Positions 15,816-24,562 of a stretch of DNA of 24,885 bases are shown in pieces (position 1 is the first letter of the stretch; every line of letters starts with the position of its first letter). Location: NCBI GenBank assembly GCA_030621975.1, contig JAUXGQ010000001.1, forward strand, positions 1-24,885. Reading direction: 5' to 3'. Origin of the DNA: Gammaproteobacteria bacterium. GTDB taxonomy: Bacteria > Pseudomonadota > Gammaproteobacteria > Chromatiales > Chromatiaceae. The notes beneath the pieces are model-generated. The model was given only the letters and a program-made list of their open reading frames with translations. It did no database searches and had not been told where the DNA came from. A program made the translations under genes and the position numbers.

Positions 15816-16766
15816 ATGACTATACGCCTTGGCGTTGTGATGGACCCCATCCAGTCCATCAAAACCCACAAAGACAGCACCTTCGCTATGCTGCTGGAGG
15901 CCCAGGCCCGGAACTGGGAAATCAGCTACATGGAACAGCATGACCTGTTCTTGCGTGGAGACCGGGGCTACGGCCGGGTGCGCGAACTTCAGGTGACGGA
16001 CGATCGCAAGGATTGGTACGGGTTCGGCGGAACCGAAACCATCCCACTGGACCAATTGGACGTCATCCTGATGCGCAAGGATCCACCCTTTGACATGGAG
16101 TACATCTACACCACCTATTTGCTCGAGCAGGTGCAGAGTCGTGGCTGTCTGGTGGTCAATCGGGCACAAAGCCTGCGCGATGCCAACGAGAAGCTTTTTA
16201 CACTCCGTTTCCCCCACTGCTGCCCGCCGACCCTCGTGAGCCGCGGTTCTCAGGGTTTCCGGGACTTTCTGGAAAAACATGGTGACATAATCCTCAAACC
16301 TCTGGGCGGCATGGGTGGGGCCTCGATCTTTCGGGTGCGCGTGGGCGATCCCAACATCAATGTCATCTTCGAAACCCTGACCGGGGAAGGCAGCCGCTTC
16401 GCCATGGCGCAAAAATACATCCCGGAGATCAGCGCGGGCGACAAACGCATCCTGCTGATAGACGGCAAACCCGTACCTTACGCCCTGGCGCGCATACCGC
16501 CACCGGGTGAAACCAGAGGCAATCTCGCCGTGGGAGGGCGCGGGGTGGGCGTGCCGCTTTCCGAACGCGATCAGTGGATTGCGGGCCAGGTGGGCCCGGA
16601 ACTGCAAAGACGAGGGCTGGTTTTTGCGGGGCTTGACGTGATTGGGGACTATCTCACCGAAATCAACGTCACCAGCCCAACCTGTATACGCGAGTTAGAC
16701 CAGCAGTTCGGCCTCAATATCAGCGCCCTGCTGTTGGATTGCATCGAGGAGAAGCTTCAGAAATGA
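15816..16766 (+). CDS. gshB: Glutathione synthetase
   Basis: GVVMDPI, KDSTFAM, MRKDPPFD, NEKL, GDKRILL, ETRGNLAVGG, GLDVIGDYLTEINVTSPT. Start taken at ATG 15816. Confidence 0.98.
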   Translation: MTIRLGVVMDPIQSIKTHKDSTFAMLLEAQARNWEISYMEQHDLFLRGDRGYGRVRELQVTDDRKDWYGFGGTETIPLDQLDVILMRKDPPFDMEYIYTTYLLEQVQSRGCLVVNRAQSLRDANEKLFTLRFPHCCPPTLVSRGSQGFRDFLEKHGDIILKPLGGMGGASIFRVRVGDPNINVIFETLTGEGSRFAMAQKYIPEISAGDKRILLIDGKPVPYALARIPPPGETRGNLAVGGRGVGVPLSERDQWIAGQVGPELQRRGLVFAGLDVIGDYLTEINVTSPTCIRELDQQFGLNISALLLDCIEEKLQK

Positions 16767-17836
16767 CCCCTGCTCCGGCAATCGCACTGACGCTGGTGAT
16801 CTCCTGTTCCCTTGTCCTGAGCGGCTGCAAACAATCCTATCCCGCCTACAACACCCGCTTTGCGGCCTTCGGCACCCTGATCGATCTGAGCATCATCGAC
16901 GTGGAACCGGCAAAGGCCGAAAGAGTCAGCGACGCCATCCGGGCGGATTTCGAATATATGAACACCGCCTGGCATCCCTGGAACCCGGGCCCGCTGGAAC
17001 GTGTCAACGAACTGCTGCCCAGCCAACAACCATTCTCCGTGCCTCCTTCCGTCCAGCCACTGATCGAACGCGCCCAGGAACTTTCCAGCAAAAGTGGCGG
17101 CCTCTTCAACCCTGCGACGGGCAAACTGACCGAACTCTGGGGGTTTCATGTGGAGAATCCGGAATGCAAACCGCCGCCTTCCCGCCAAACCATCGCCGAG
17201 CTGGTGAAAGCGGACCCACAGATGAGCGACCTGCACATGCAAGGAATCCAGTTACGCTCCGATAACCCTGCAGTAAAGATCGACTTCGGGGCATTCGCGA
17301 TAGGCTACAGCATCGACCTGGCGATAGAACATCTTCGAGAACTGGGTGTCAACAATGCCATCGTCAATGCCGGGGGCAATCTGCGTGCAATCGGCGATCG
17401 AGACGGACATCCCTGGCGCGTTGTCATACGCCGCCCCAGCGGCACCGGCGTATTTGCAACCATCAACGTGCAGGGCGACGAAAGCGTGTTTACGTCCGGC
17501 GACTATGAACGCAATTTTGTATACAAAGGACACCATTACCACCATATCATCGATCCCAGGACCGGTTACCCCGGACAGGGTACGCGCTCGGTTACCGTAC
17601 TCCACACGGACGCAGCCACGGCCGGCGCCGCGGCAACGGCGCTCTTCGTAGCCGGCGCCAAGCACTGGCACTCGGTAGCCAAAGCCATGGGTATCCGCTA
17701 TGTACTGCTGGTCGACAGTGCCGACACCCTGCACATGAACCCCGCCATGGCCAAACGGATCAGGCTGATGGAACGGGACCAGAATATCGAGCTCAGCCCG
17801 CCTTTGATAGAAACCAAATCGAACTCGTCAGGATAG
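16763..17836 (+). CDS. apbE: ApbE/Ftp-family FAD:protein FMN transferase lipoprotein, with atypical active-site motifs
   Basis: Lipobox LSG-C, TSGDYER, HHIIDPRTG, SVTV. Motif variants GAFAIG (usually GGxAKG) and TAGAAAT (usually xADAxxT). ATGA overlap with the gshB stop. Confidence 0.9.
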   Translation: MTPAPAIALTLVISCSLVLSGCKQSYPAYNTRFAAFGTLIDLSIIDVEPAKAERVSDAIRADFEYMNTAWHPWNPGPLERVNELLPSQQPFSVPPSVQPLIERAQELSSKSGGLFNPATGKLTELWGFHVENPECKPPPSRQTIAELVKADPQMSDLHMQGIQLRSDNPAVKIDFGAFAIGYSIDLAIEHLRELGVNNAIVNAGGNLRAIGDRDGHPWRVVIRRPSGTGVFATINVQGDESVFTSGDYERNFVYKGHHYHHIIDPRTGYPGQGTRSVTVLHTDAATAGAAATALFVAGAKHWHSVAKAMGIRYVLLVDSADTLHMNPAMAKRIRLMERDQNIELSPPLIETKSNSSG

Positions 17837-17850
17837 ACACGTAAATTCCC

Positions 17851-18735
17851 ATGCAGCTTGTCTATCGAATAGACGTCAACGAAAGACTCGGCCTGACCCT
17901 GGTCCTCGCGATCGGCATGCATGCAATGGCAATCTGGGGAATCAGCTTCGAATTCGAGCGCCCGTCGCCGAGTCGCTCCGACTCTAGTCTGGAAATCATA
18001 GTGGTGCGAAATACCCGTGACCCGGAAGCGGTCGAAAAACCCGAGTTTCTGGCCCAGACAAGCCAGCAAGGAAGCAGCAACAGCGTCGTAAAAACCAGAC
18101 CCAAAGTCGCCGCGCCCGGGTTGCCGGTCCCCACGCCGAGTGACATGGCAAACCCCCCCGCAAGGATTCCCCAGGTCACCGAGCGCCCCCGCGAACCGCA
18201 CAGGAAGGTCATTACGCAAAAGAGTGCACCCAGAAAACGGGCTGCGGACCCGCCGGAACCCAAACCCCCGGAAAAGAAGATCCTCCCCAGCGCCGCCCAG
18301 ATTCTGGCCAGCAGCAGTCAGGAAATCGCCCGCATAACCGCAGCCCTTGACCTCAAGACCGAGGCTTACTCCCAACGCCCCAGGCGCCGGCACATCAGCG
18401 CGAGCACCCAGGAATACAAATACGCGGCCTATCTCGAAGCCTGGAGGAAAAAGATAGAACGCATCGGCAACCTCAATTACCCGGACCAAGCCAAACGCAG
18501 AAAACTGTACGGCAATCTGGTCCTGCACGTGGCCGTGAAGGCGGACGGGAGTGTGGAGCGCATCAGCATCCGAAAGTCCTCCGGCTACAAGATCCTGGAC
18601 GACGCGGCTATAAGCATCGTCAGGCTGGCCGCCCCGTTCGCTCCGTTTCCCAGGGAAATCCGGGAAGAAACAGACATTCTCGACATCACCCGCACCTGGC
18701 AGTTCCTGAACAACAACCGGCTCGGTTGGAAATGA
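17851..18735 (+). CDS. tonB: TonB-family energy transducer (positional equivalent of Pseudomonas TonB3)
   Basis: N-terminal TM with His (LVLAIGMHAMAI), Pro/Lys-rich spacer, TonB_C domain (YLEAWRKKIERIGNLNYP, SSGYKILDDAA, ITRTWQF). No adjacent exbBD. Confidence 0.9.
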   Translation: MQLVYRIDVNERLGLTLVLAIGMHAMAIWGISFEFERPSPSRSDSSLEIIVVRNTRDPEAVEKPEFLAQTSQQGSSNSVVKTRPKVAAPGLPVPTPSDMANPPARIPQVTERPREPHRKVITQKSAPRKRAADPPEPKPPEKKILPSAAQILASSSQEIARITAALDLKTEAYSQRPRRRHISASTQEYKYAAYLEAWRKKIERIGNLNYPDQAKRRKLYGNLVLHVAVKADGSVERISIRKSSGYKILDDAAISIVRLAAPFAPFPREIREETDILDITRTWQFLNNNRLGWK

Positions 18736-18783
18736 GGCAAGAGAGAGCTTGCAGCCGACCCGCAGGGATCGGATACTATCGCC

Positions 18784-19344
18784 ATGCGCATCGAGTCGAA
18801 CCTGACCAATCACTTTCTGATCGCCATGCCGGGTCTTCAGGATCCCAATTTTTATCGCACGGTCACCTACATTTGCGAACATAACGATCAGGGGGCCATG
18901 GGCATAGTGATCAACCGGCCCATGAGTATTCAGCTGGGAGAGATCCTCGGGCAGATGGAGATCCCGGCCAAACCAGGGGCCGTGAATCAACGCGTATTCG
19001 TGGGCGGACCGGTACAGGTAGACCGGGGGTTCGTTTTGCATCCGTCGGAGCGGCACTGGGATTCAACCCTCGAAATCACCCCCGAGATCAGCGTCACCAC
19101 ATCCCGCGACATTCTCGAGGCCATGGCCGCCGACGAGGGTCCGAATCTGAGTCTGATCGCGCTCGGTTATGCGGGCTGGGGAGGCCAACAGCTGGAAGAC
19201 GAAATGGCCGCCAACGCCTGGCTCAGCGGTCCGGCGGATCTGGACATCATTTTTCGGCGGCCCGCGAAAGAACGTTGGGAAGCCGCAGCCCGGCTGCTGG
19301 GCGTGGATCTGAACCTGATGTCCGGTGATGCGGGTCACGCCTGA
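18784..19344 (+). CDS. yqgE: YqgE/AlgH family protein
   Basis: FLIAMP, YICEH, GAMGIVINRP, GGPV, RGFVLH, TTSRDIL, LGYAGW, NAWL. Confidence 0.96.
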   Translation: MRIESNLTNHFLIAMPGLQDPNFYRTVTYICEHNDQGAMGIVINRPMSIQLGEILGQMEIPAKPGAVNQRVFVGGPVQVDRGFVLHPSERHWDSTLEITPEISVTTSRDILEAMAADEGPNLSLIALGYAGWGGQQLEDEMAANAWLSGPADLDIIFRRPAKERWEAAARLLGVDLNLMSGDAGHA

Positions 19345-19375
19345 CGCCAATCACCGGCTGGGTTAGACTCGAACC

Positions 19376-19801
19376 ATGACGCACCGGTTGCTCGGTTTCG
19401 ATTACGGCCCGCGCAAGATCGGCATTGCCGTCGGTCAGACCCTGACCGGCACCGCCTCGCCGCTGCAGACCCTGCGCGCCGTCAAGGGAAAACCGGACTG
19501 GGAGAGTATCAACGGGTTGATCGAAACCTGGCAGCCCGATGCCCTGGTCGTGGGTCTTCCTTACAACATGGATGACACCGAGTCAGAGCTGGCACCTCGC
19601 GCCAAGCGCTTCGCGCGCCAGCTCGAAGGCCGCTACCGACGCAAGGTATACTTGGTCGATGAACGTCTGACCTCCCGCGAGGCACGTCGAGCGGTGCCGG
19701 GCAAGATAAAAAAAATCGAAACCCTGGATGCACTTGCGGCAAAACTGATCCTGGAAACCTGGTTAAGTGAGCACAAACAAGACATACATGGGGCCGGATG
19801 A
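19376..19801 (+). CDS. yqgF: YqgF/RuvX RNase H-fold nuclease (pre-16S rRNA maturation / putative Holliday junction resolvase)
   Basis: LGFDYG..KIGIAVG, LVVGLP, VDERLTS, LDALAA with the acidic residues intact. Confidence 0.96.
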   Translation: MTHRLLGFDYGPRKIGIAVGQTLTGTASPLQTLRAVKGKPDWESINGLIETWQPDALVVGLPYNMDDTESELAPRAKRFARQLEGRYRRKVYLVDERLTSREARRAVPGKIKKIETLDALAAKLILETWLSEHKQDIHGAG

Positions 19802-20333
19802 GATTCGGGCGTTCATCGAGGCGATGGCGTCTGACCTGGCTAAGTACCTGGCGAGGGCGGGGGTCGAGAAACCCATTATGGTCGGCATCCGCACCGGCGG
19901 CGTATGGCTGGCGGAACGCCTGCATGGGCTCCTGGAACTGGAGGAACCCTTGGGCACCCTGGATATCTCCTTTTACCGTGACGACTTCACCCGCATCGGC
20001 TTGAATCCGGAGGTGCACCCGTCCAACCTTCCCGTGCCGGTGGGCGATCGGCACATCATTCTGGTAGATGACGTGCTGCATACCGGGCGCACCATCCGCG
20101 CCGCACTCAATGAAATCTTCGACTACGGCCGGCCGACGTCGGTCGTATTGGCGGCCCTGGTGGAGCGAAGCGGTCACGAACTGCCCATTCAGGCCGACGT
20201 CGTCGCCATACGCCCGGACCTCGAAGCGGGGGAACATATCACCCTCACCGGCCCAGAACCCCTGGGACTGGTGATCGGACGCGCCTCAAACCGCGTATCC
20301 CGGGAACACGAACAGCAGGCAGGCAAGACGTGA
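19767..20333 (+). CDS. pyrR: PyrR pyrimidine regulatory protein / uracil phosphoribosyltransferase
   Basis: [19 protein letters not shown] loop [23 protein letters not shown]. Start is either GTG 19767 or ATG 19788. Confidence 0.95.
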   Translation: MSTNKTYMGPDEIRAFIEAMASDLAKYLARAGVEKPIMVGIRTGGVWLAERLHGLLELEEPLGTLDISFYRDDFTRIGLNPEVHPSNLPVPVGDRHIILVDDVLHTGRTIRAALNEIFDYGRPTSVVLAALVERSGHELPIQADVVAIRPDLEAGEHITLTGPEPLGLVIGRASNRVSREHEQQAGKT

Positions 20334-21340
20334 GCATGGCCCGGCGGGACATCCAGCTTGATGAAGAAGGCAGACTCAGGCACTTTTTGACCATCGAAGG
20401 GCTTGATCAGCCGCTGCTGACGGAGATCCTGGACAAGGCCGAAGGCTTCATCGGCGTGTCCCAACAGGCCATCAAGAAAGTGCCCCTGTGCCGCGGCAAA
20501 ATCATCACCAATCTGTTTTTTGAAACCAGCACCAGGACCCGGACCACCTTCGAGCTCGCCGCCAAGCGCCTGTCGGCCGACGTCCTCAGCCTCAATATCA
20601 GCACCTCCGCAACAACCAAGGGCGAAACCCTGCTCGACACGCTGCGCAACCTCGAAGCCATGCACTGCGATATGTTCGTGGTGCGCCACGCCGACAGTGG
20701 GGCGGCCCATTTCATCGCCCAACACAGCGCGCCGCACGTCAGCGTCATAAACGCCGGCGACGGGCGTCATGCCCATCCCACCCAGGCGATGCTGGATATG
20801 CTCACCATCCGGCGGATAAAGGGAGAATTCGTCAAACTGCGGGTGGCTATCGTCGGTGATATCCTCAATTCCCGGGTTGCCCGCTCCCAGATTCATGCCC
20901 TCAACACCCTGGGCACCTCGGAGGTGCGGGTTATTGCCCCCTATACCCTGCTACCGGCGGAGTCCCGCTCCCTGGGGGTACATGTTTACCATGATCTTCA
21001 GGAGGGCATCCGTGACGTGGACGTGGTGATTATGCTGCGCCTGCAACGGGAGCGTATGCGTGGGGCGATGCTGCCCAGCGAGCATGAATACTTCCAGCTT
21101 TACGGTCTCACCGAACAGCGTCTGCGCGCCGCGAAACCGGACGTCATCGTCATGCACCCAGGTCCGATCAACCGCGGCGTAGAGATGGACTCCCAGGTGG
21201 CCGACGGCCCCCGCTCCGTGATCCTGCAACAGGTCAGCCACGGTATCGCCGTGCGGATGGCGGTCATGTCCATGTGCATAGGCACTCAGAACGCCCGCAT
21301 TGCGAGACGGGAAGCAAGCGTTTCAGGTTTAAACCCATGA
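20330..21340 (+). CDS. pyrB: Aspartate carbamoyltransferase catalytic subunit
   Basis: [57 protein letters not shown] overlap with the pyrR stop. Confidence 0.98.
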   Translation: MSMARRDIQLDEEGRLRHFLTIEGLDQPLLTEILDKAEGFIGVSQQAIKKVPLCRGKIITNLFFETSTRTRTTFELAAKRLSADVLSLNISTSATTKGETLLDTLRNLEAMHCDMFVVRHADSGAAHFIAQHSAPHVSVINAGDGRHAHPTQAMLDMLTIRRIKGEFVKLRVAIVGDILNSRVARSQIHALNTLGTSEVRVIAPYTLLPAESRSLGVHVYHDLQEGIRDVDVVIMLRLQRERMRGAMLPSEHEYFQLYGLTEQRLRAAKPDVIVMHPGPINRGVEMDSQVADGPRSVILQQVSHGIAVRMAVMSMCIGTQNARIARREASVSGLNP

Positions 21341-22632
21341 CGAACGCCAGCAGCATCAGTATTCAAAACGGCCGGCTCGTCGATCCAGCTAACGGCATAG
21401 ACGAGCCACGCGACCTGCATATCGCGGCTGGCAAAGTCCTGGCTACTGGCAGCCCCCCCGAGGGATTCCAGCCTGATCTCAGGATAGACGCCAGCGGCCA
21501 GGTGGTCTGCCCGGGGCTTGTGGACCTGTGCGCCCGGCTGCGGGAACCCGGGGAGGAGCACAAGGCGACCATCGCCAGTGAAAGCGCTGCCGCGGCCGGC
21601 GCCGGAATCACCACCCTGTGCTGCCCACCGGACACCGATCCCATTGTCGACACCCCGGCGGTAGCGGAGCTGATCCGGCGCAAGGCCTTGCAGGCGGGGC
21701 TGGCCCGGGTACTACCCATGGGCGCACTGACCCGGGGCCTCAAAGGGGAACAGCTGAGTGAAATGGCTGCCCTCAAGCAGGCCGGCTGTCATGTGATGAG
21801 CAACGGCGCCAGGCCCCTGCACAGCACATTGGTTGAACGCAGGGCCCTGGAATACGCAACGACGTTCGGCCTGACCTGTTTCCTGAACCCCGAGGACCTG
21901 TCGCTGCGCGACCAGGGCTGCGCCCATGAGGGGGCGGTCGGCTGTCGATTGGGGCTGCCCGGCATCCCGGTAGCTGCCGAAACCGTGGCCGTGGCCCGGG
22001 ATCTGGCGCTGATCGAGCAAACCCGGGCAAGCATCCATTTCCGGGGATTGTCAACGGCCGCCGCGGTACGCATGCTGCGCCGCGCCCACAAGGAGCAATT
22101 GCGAGTCACTGCGGATGTCAGCGCCCATCAACTCCATCTCACCGAAATGGATCTGGATGGCTTCAACAGCAACTGCCACGTAGAACCACCGCTGCGCTCC
22201 CTGACTGACCGGGATGCGTTGCGCCAGGCCCTGGCAGACGGCGTCATCTCCGCCGTCTGTTCCGATCACCAGCCCCATGAGCCGGATGCTAAACAGGCCC
22301 CTTTCCCGGCCACCGCCCCCGGTATTTCGGCCTTGGAGACCCTGCTCCCGCTGACCCTGAAACTGGTCTCGGAAGGGGTCATGCCGATGGCCGATGCCCT
22401 TGCGCGGCTGACCATCGGACCGGCTCGAATACTCGGCCTGGAGGTGGGCAGGCTGAATGTGGGAAACACTGCCGACGTATGCGTGTTCGACCCGAATCGC
22501 ACTTGGCGGCTGGATCCCGAAAAAATGCTGAGCCAGGGCCACAACACCCCCTTCGCAGGTTGGGAGTTCAGTGCTCGAGTCACCTGCACGCTGCTGGCCG
22601 GGCGGGTCGTTTACCGGCAACCAGATCGGTGA
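21337..22632 (+). CDS. pyrC: Dihydroorotase-like protein, probably the catalytically inactive PyrC' subunit of ATCase
   Basis: Amidohydrolase-family motifs (PGLVDL..LREPG, AGITT, PPLR, SDHQPH), but the metal-binding HxH reads CAR. ATGA overlap with the pyrB stop gives a start at 21337. Confidence 0.92.
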   Translation: MTNASSISIQNGRLVDPANGIDEPRDLHIAAGKVLATGSPPEGFQPDLRIDASGQVVCPGLVDLCARLREPGEEHKATIASESAAAAGAGITTLCCPPDTDPIVDTPAVAELIRRKALQAGLARVLPMGALTRGLKGEQLSEMAALKQAGCHVMSNGARPLHSTLVERRALEYATTFGLTCFLNPEDLSLRDQGCAHEGAVGCRLGLPGIPVAAETVAVARDLALIEQTRASIHFRGLSTAAAVRMLRRAHKEQLRVTADVSAHQLHLTEMDLDGFNSNCHVEPPLRSLTDRDALRQALADGVISAVCSDHQPHEPDAKQAPFPATAPGISALETLLPLTLKLVSEGVMPMADALARLTIGPARILGLEVGRLNVGNTADVCVFDPNRTWRLDPEKMLSQGHNTPFAGWEFSARVTCTLLAGRVVYRQPDR

Positions 22633-22653
22633 GCGCTGGTCGGCTCAACGGCG

Positions 22654-23532
22654 ATGGATAAAAGACCCCATCGCGACACCATCTTCCTGGAGGAGGCTGA
22701 AGTACTCGACCACGAAGCCTTCGAGGGAGATCAGTACACCCTGCGGATCAGGGCACCGGAATGCGCCGCTCATGCCCGCCCGGGCGCGTTTGTCCATCTG
22801 CAATGCGATCGACTGCGACCCCTGCGCCGCCCCTTGTCTATCATGCGGGCCTCCGGGGATGAGGGCTGGGTAGATTTTCTCTACAAGGCCGTGGGGGACG
22901 GCACCCGCCTGCTGGCGGAGCGCAAACCCGGGGAGCACATCAGCGCACTGGGGCCTATCGGCCGGCCATTCCAGACACACCCGGATCGGTCGCGGCCATT
23001 GCTGATCGGGGGAGGCGTGGGGATGCCACCCATGATCTTTCTCGCCGACGCGCTGCGCCGGCAAGCCAGCTTCCGCCCCTTTGCCATCCTCGGTTCTGAG
23101 GTGCCGTTCCCGTTCAAGGCGCGACCGTCGCAGATCCTGGTGCCCGGGATACCCGATGGCACCATCGCGGCCATGCCCTTGCTGGACGACTGGCAGGTTC
23201 CCAGCCGCCTGGCCAGCCTCCAGGGTTATCCAGGCTGTTTTCAGGGTTTCGTAACGGACCTGGCGGGGCGCTGGATCGAGACTCTGGACAGTCAACAACG
23301 CCGGGAGGTGGAGGTTTTCGCCTGTGGACCCCATCCCATGCTGGAAGCTGTGGCGAAACTGGCCGCCGACTACGGGTTACCCTGTCAGGTTTCCCTGGAA
23401 GAATTCATGGCATGCGGCGTGGGTGGCTGCGCCGGATGTACGGTGCAGGTCACGACACCGGACGGACCGGCGATGCAGCGCGTGTGCGTGGACGGTCCCG
23501 TGTTCGATGCAACCCGGGTGTTTCCTACATAA
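22654..23532 (+). CDS. pyrK: Dihydroorotate dehydrogenase electron transfer subunit (FAD/[2Fe-2S])
   Basis: PGAFVHL, RRPLSI (FAD), GGGVGMPP (NAD), ACGP..ML, and EEFMACGVGGCAGC...VCVDGPVF ([2Fe-2S]). Confidence 0.9.
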   Translation: MDKRPHRDTIFLEEAEVLDHEAFEGDQYTLRIRAPECAAHARPGAFVHLQCDRLRPLRRPLSIMRASGDEGWVDFLYKAVGDGTRLLAERKPGEHISALGPIGRPFQTHPDRSRPLLIGGGVGMPPMIFLADALRRQASFRPFAILGSEVPFPFKARPSQILVPGIPDGTIAAMPLLDDWQVPSRLASLQGYPGCFQGFVTDLAGRWIETLDSQQRREVEVFACGPHPMLEAVAKLAADYGLPCQVSLEEFMACGVGGCAGCTVQVTTPDGPAMQRVCVDGPVFDATRVFPT

Positions 23533-24562
23533 AAGCATCCTTACTGGACGCCTTCGCCTTGGCATCCGCCTTGGTGATCAGTCCTTTCTGTACCAATTCT
23601 TTGAGGTGTTGATCCAGGGTCTGCATACCCACCGCCTGTCCGGTTTGAATGGCGGAATACATCTGGGCAACCTTGTCTTCGCGGATGAGGTTACGGATAG
23701 CCGGGGTACCGACCATGATCTCCCAGGCCGCGGTACGGCCACCTCCGACCTTTTTCAGCAATGTCTGAGCGATAACGGCGCGCAACGACTCCGACAACAT
23801 GGAACGTACCATGCTCTTCTCTGCCGCGGGAAAGACATCGATAATGCGATCGATGGTCTTGGCGGCGGAGCTCGTATGCAGGGTTCCGAACACCAGGTGG
23901 CCGGTTTCCGCCGCCGTAAGGGCCAGTCGTATGGTCTCGAGATCCCGCATTTCGCCCACTAGAATGATATCCGGGTCTTCGCGCAGCGCCGAACGCAGAG
24001 CCTCGTTGAAACCCAGGGTGTCCCGGTGAATTTCACGTTGGTTAATCAGGCATTTCTTACTCGTGTGGACAAATTCAATGGGGTCTTCAATGGTCAGGAT
24101 ATGAGCGTAGTCGTTGTCGTTCTTGTAGTCCATCATCGCAGCCAGGGTGGTCGACTTGCCAGACCCGGTCGGACCGGTCACCAGCACCATCCCGCGGGGT
24201 ACGTCCACGATGTCCTTGAAGGTGGCCGGGCAATTCAGGTCTTCCAGTGTCAGCACCTTCGAAGGAACGGTTCGGAATACGGCACTCGCACCCCGGTTCT
24301 GATTGAAGGCGTTTACGCGAAAGCGCGCCAGACCCGGTATCTCGAACGAGAAATCGGTCTCCCAGAACTCTTCGAAGTCCTTGCGTTGCTTGTCATTCAT
24401 GATGTCGTAGACCAACCCATGAACCAGCTTGTGTTCCAGCACCGGCACGTTGATCCGGCGTATGTCGCCGTCAACTCGTATCATGGGCGGCAGACCTGCC
24501 GACAGGTGCAGGTCCGAGGCATTGTGTTTTACGCTGAAGGCCAGGAGTTCAGCTATATCCAT
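23525..24562 (-). CDS. pilT: Type IV pilus retraction ATPase
   Basis: Walker A GPTGSGKSTT, Asp box TIEDPIE, Walker B LREDPDIILVGEMRD, His box GHLVFGTLH, AIRNLIRE motif. GGAGG Shine-Dalgarno. Confidence 0.99.
   Translation of the reverse strand: MDIAELLAFSVKHNASDLHLSAGLPPMIRVDGDIRRINVPVLEHKLVHGLVYDIMNDKQRKDFEEFWETDFSFEIPGLARFRVNAFNQNRGASAVFRTVPSKVLTLEDLNCPATFKDIVDVPRGMVLVTGPTGSGKSTTLAAMMDYKNDNDYAHILTIEDPIEFVHTSKKCLINQREIHRDTLGFNEALRSALREDPDIILVGEMRDLETIRLALTAAETGHLVFGTLHTSSAAKTIDRIIDVFPAAEKSMVRSMLSESLRAVIAQTLLKKVGGGRTAAWEIMVGTPAIRNLIREDKVAQMYSAIQTGQAVGMQTLDQHLKELVQKGLITKADAKAKASSKDAFM

Noticed and set aside
19708-19715. A8 run (A_AAA_AAA) in yqgF
   Set aside because: The frame is intact, it encodes a Lys-rich patch normal for this region, no stimulator is evident, and slippage would remove a catalytic Asp of a usually essential gene.
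1994-21336. N-terminal extensions in the ORF track for ahcY (1994), metF (3324), pilJ (13922), apbE (16739) and pyrC (21274)
   Set aside because: Downstream in-frame starts fit better: SD placement (ahcY, pilJ), ATGA coupling (apbE, pyrC), or removal of an overlap with the upstream gene (metF). They also match family N-termini.
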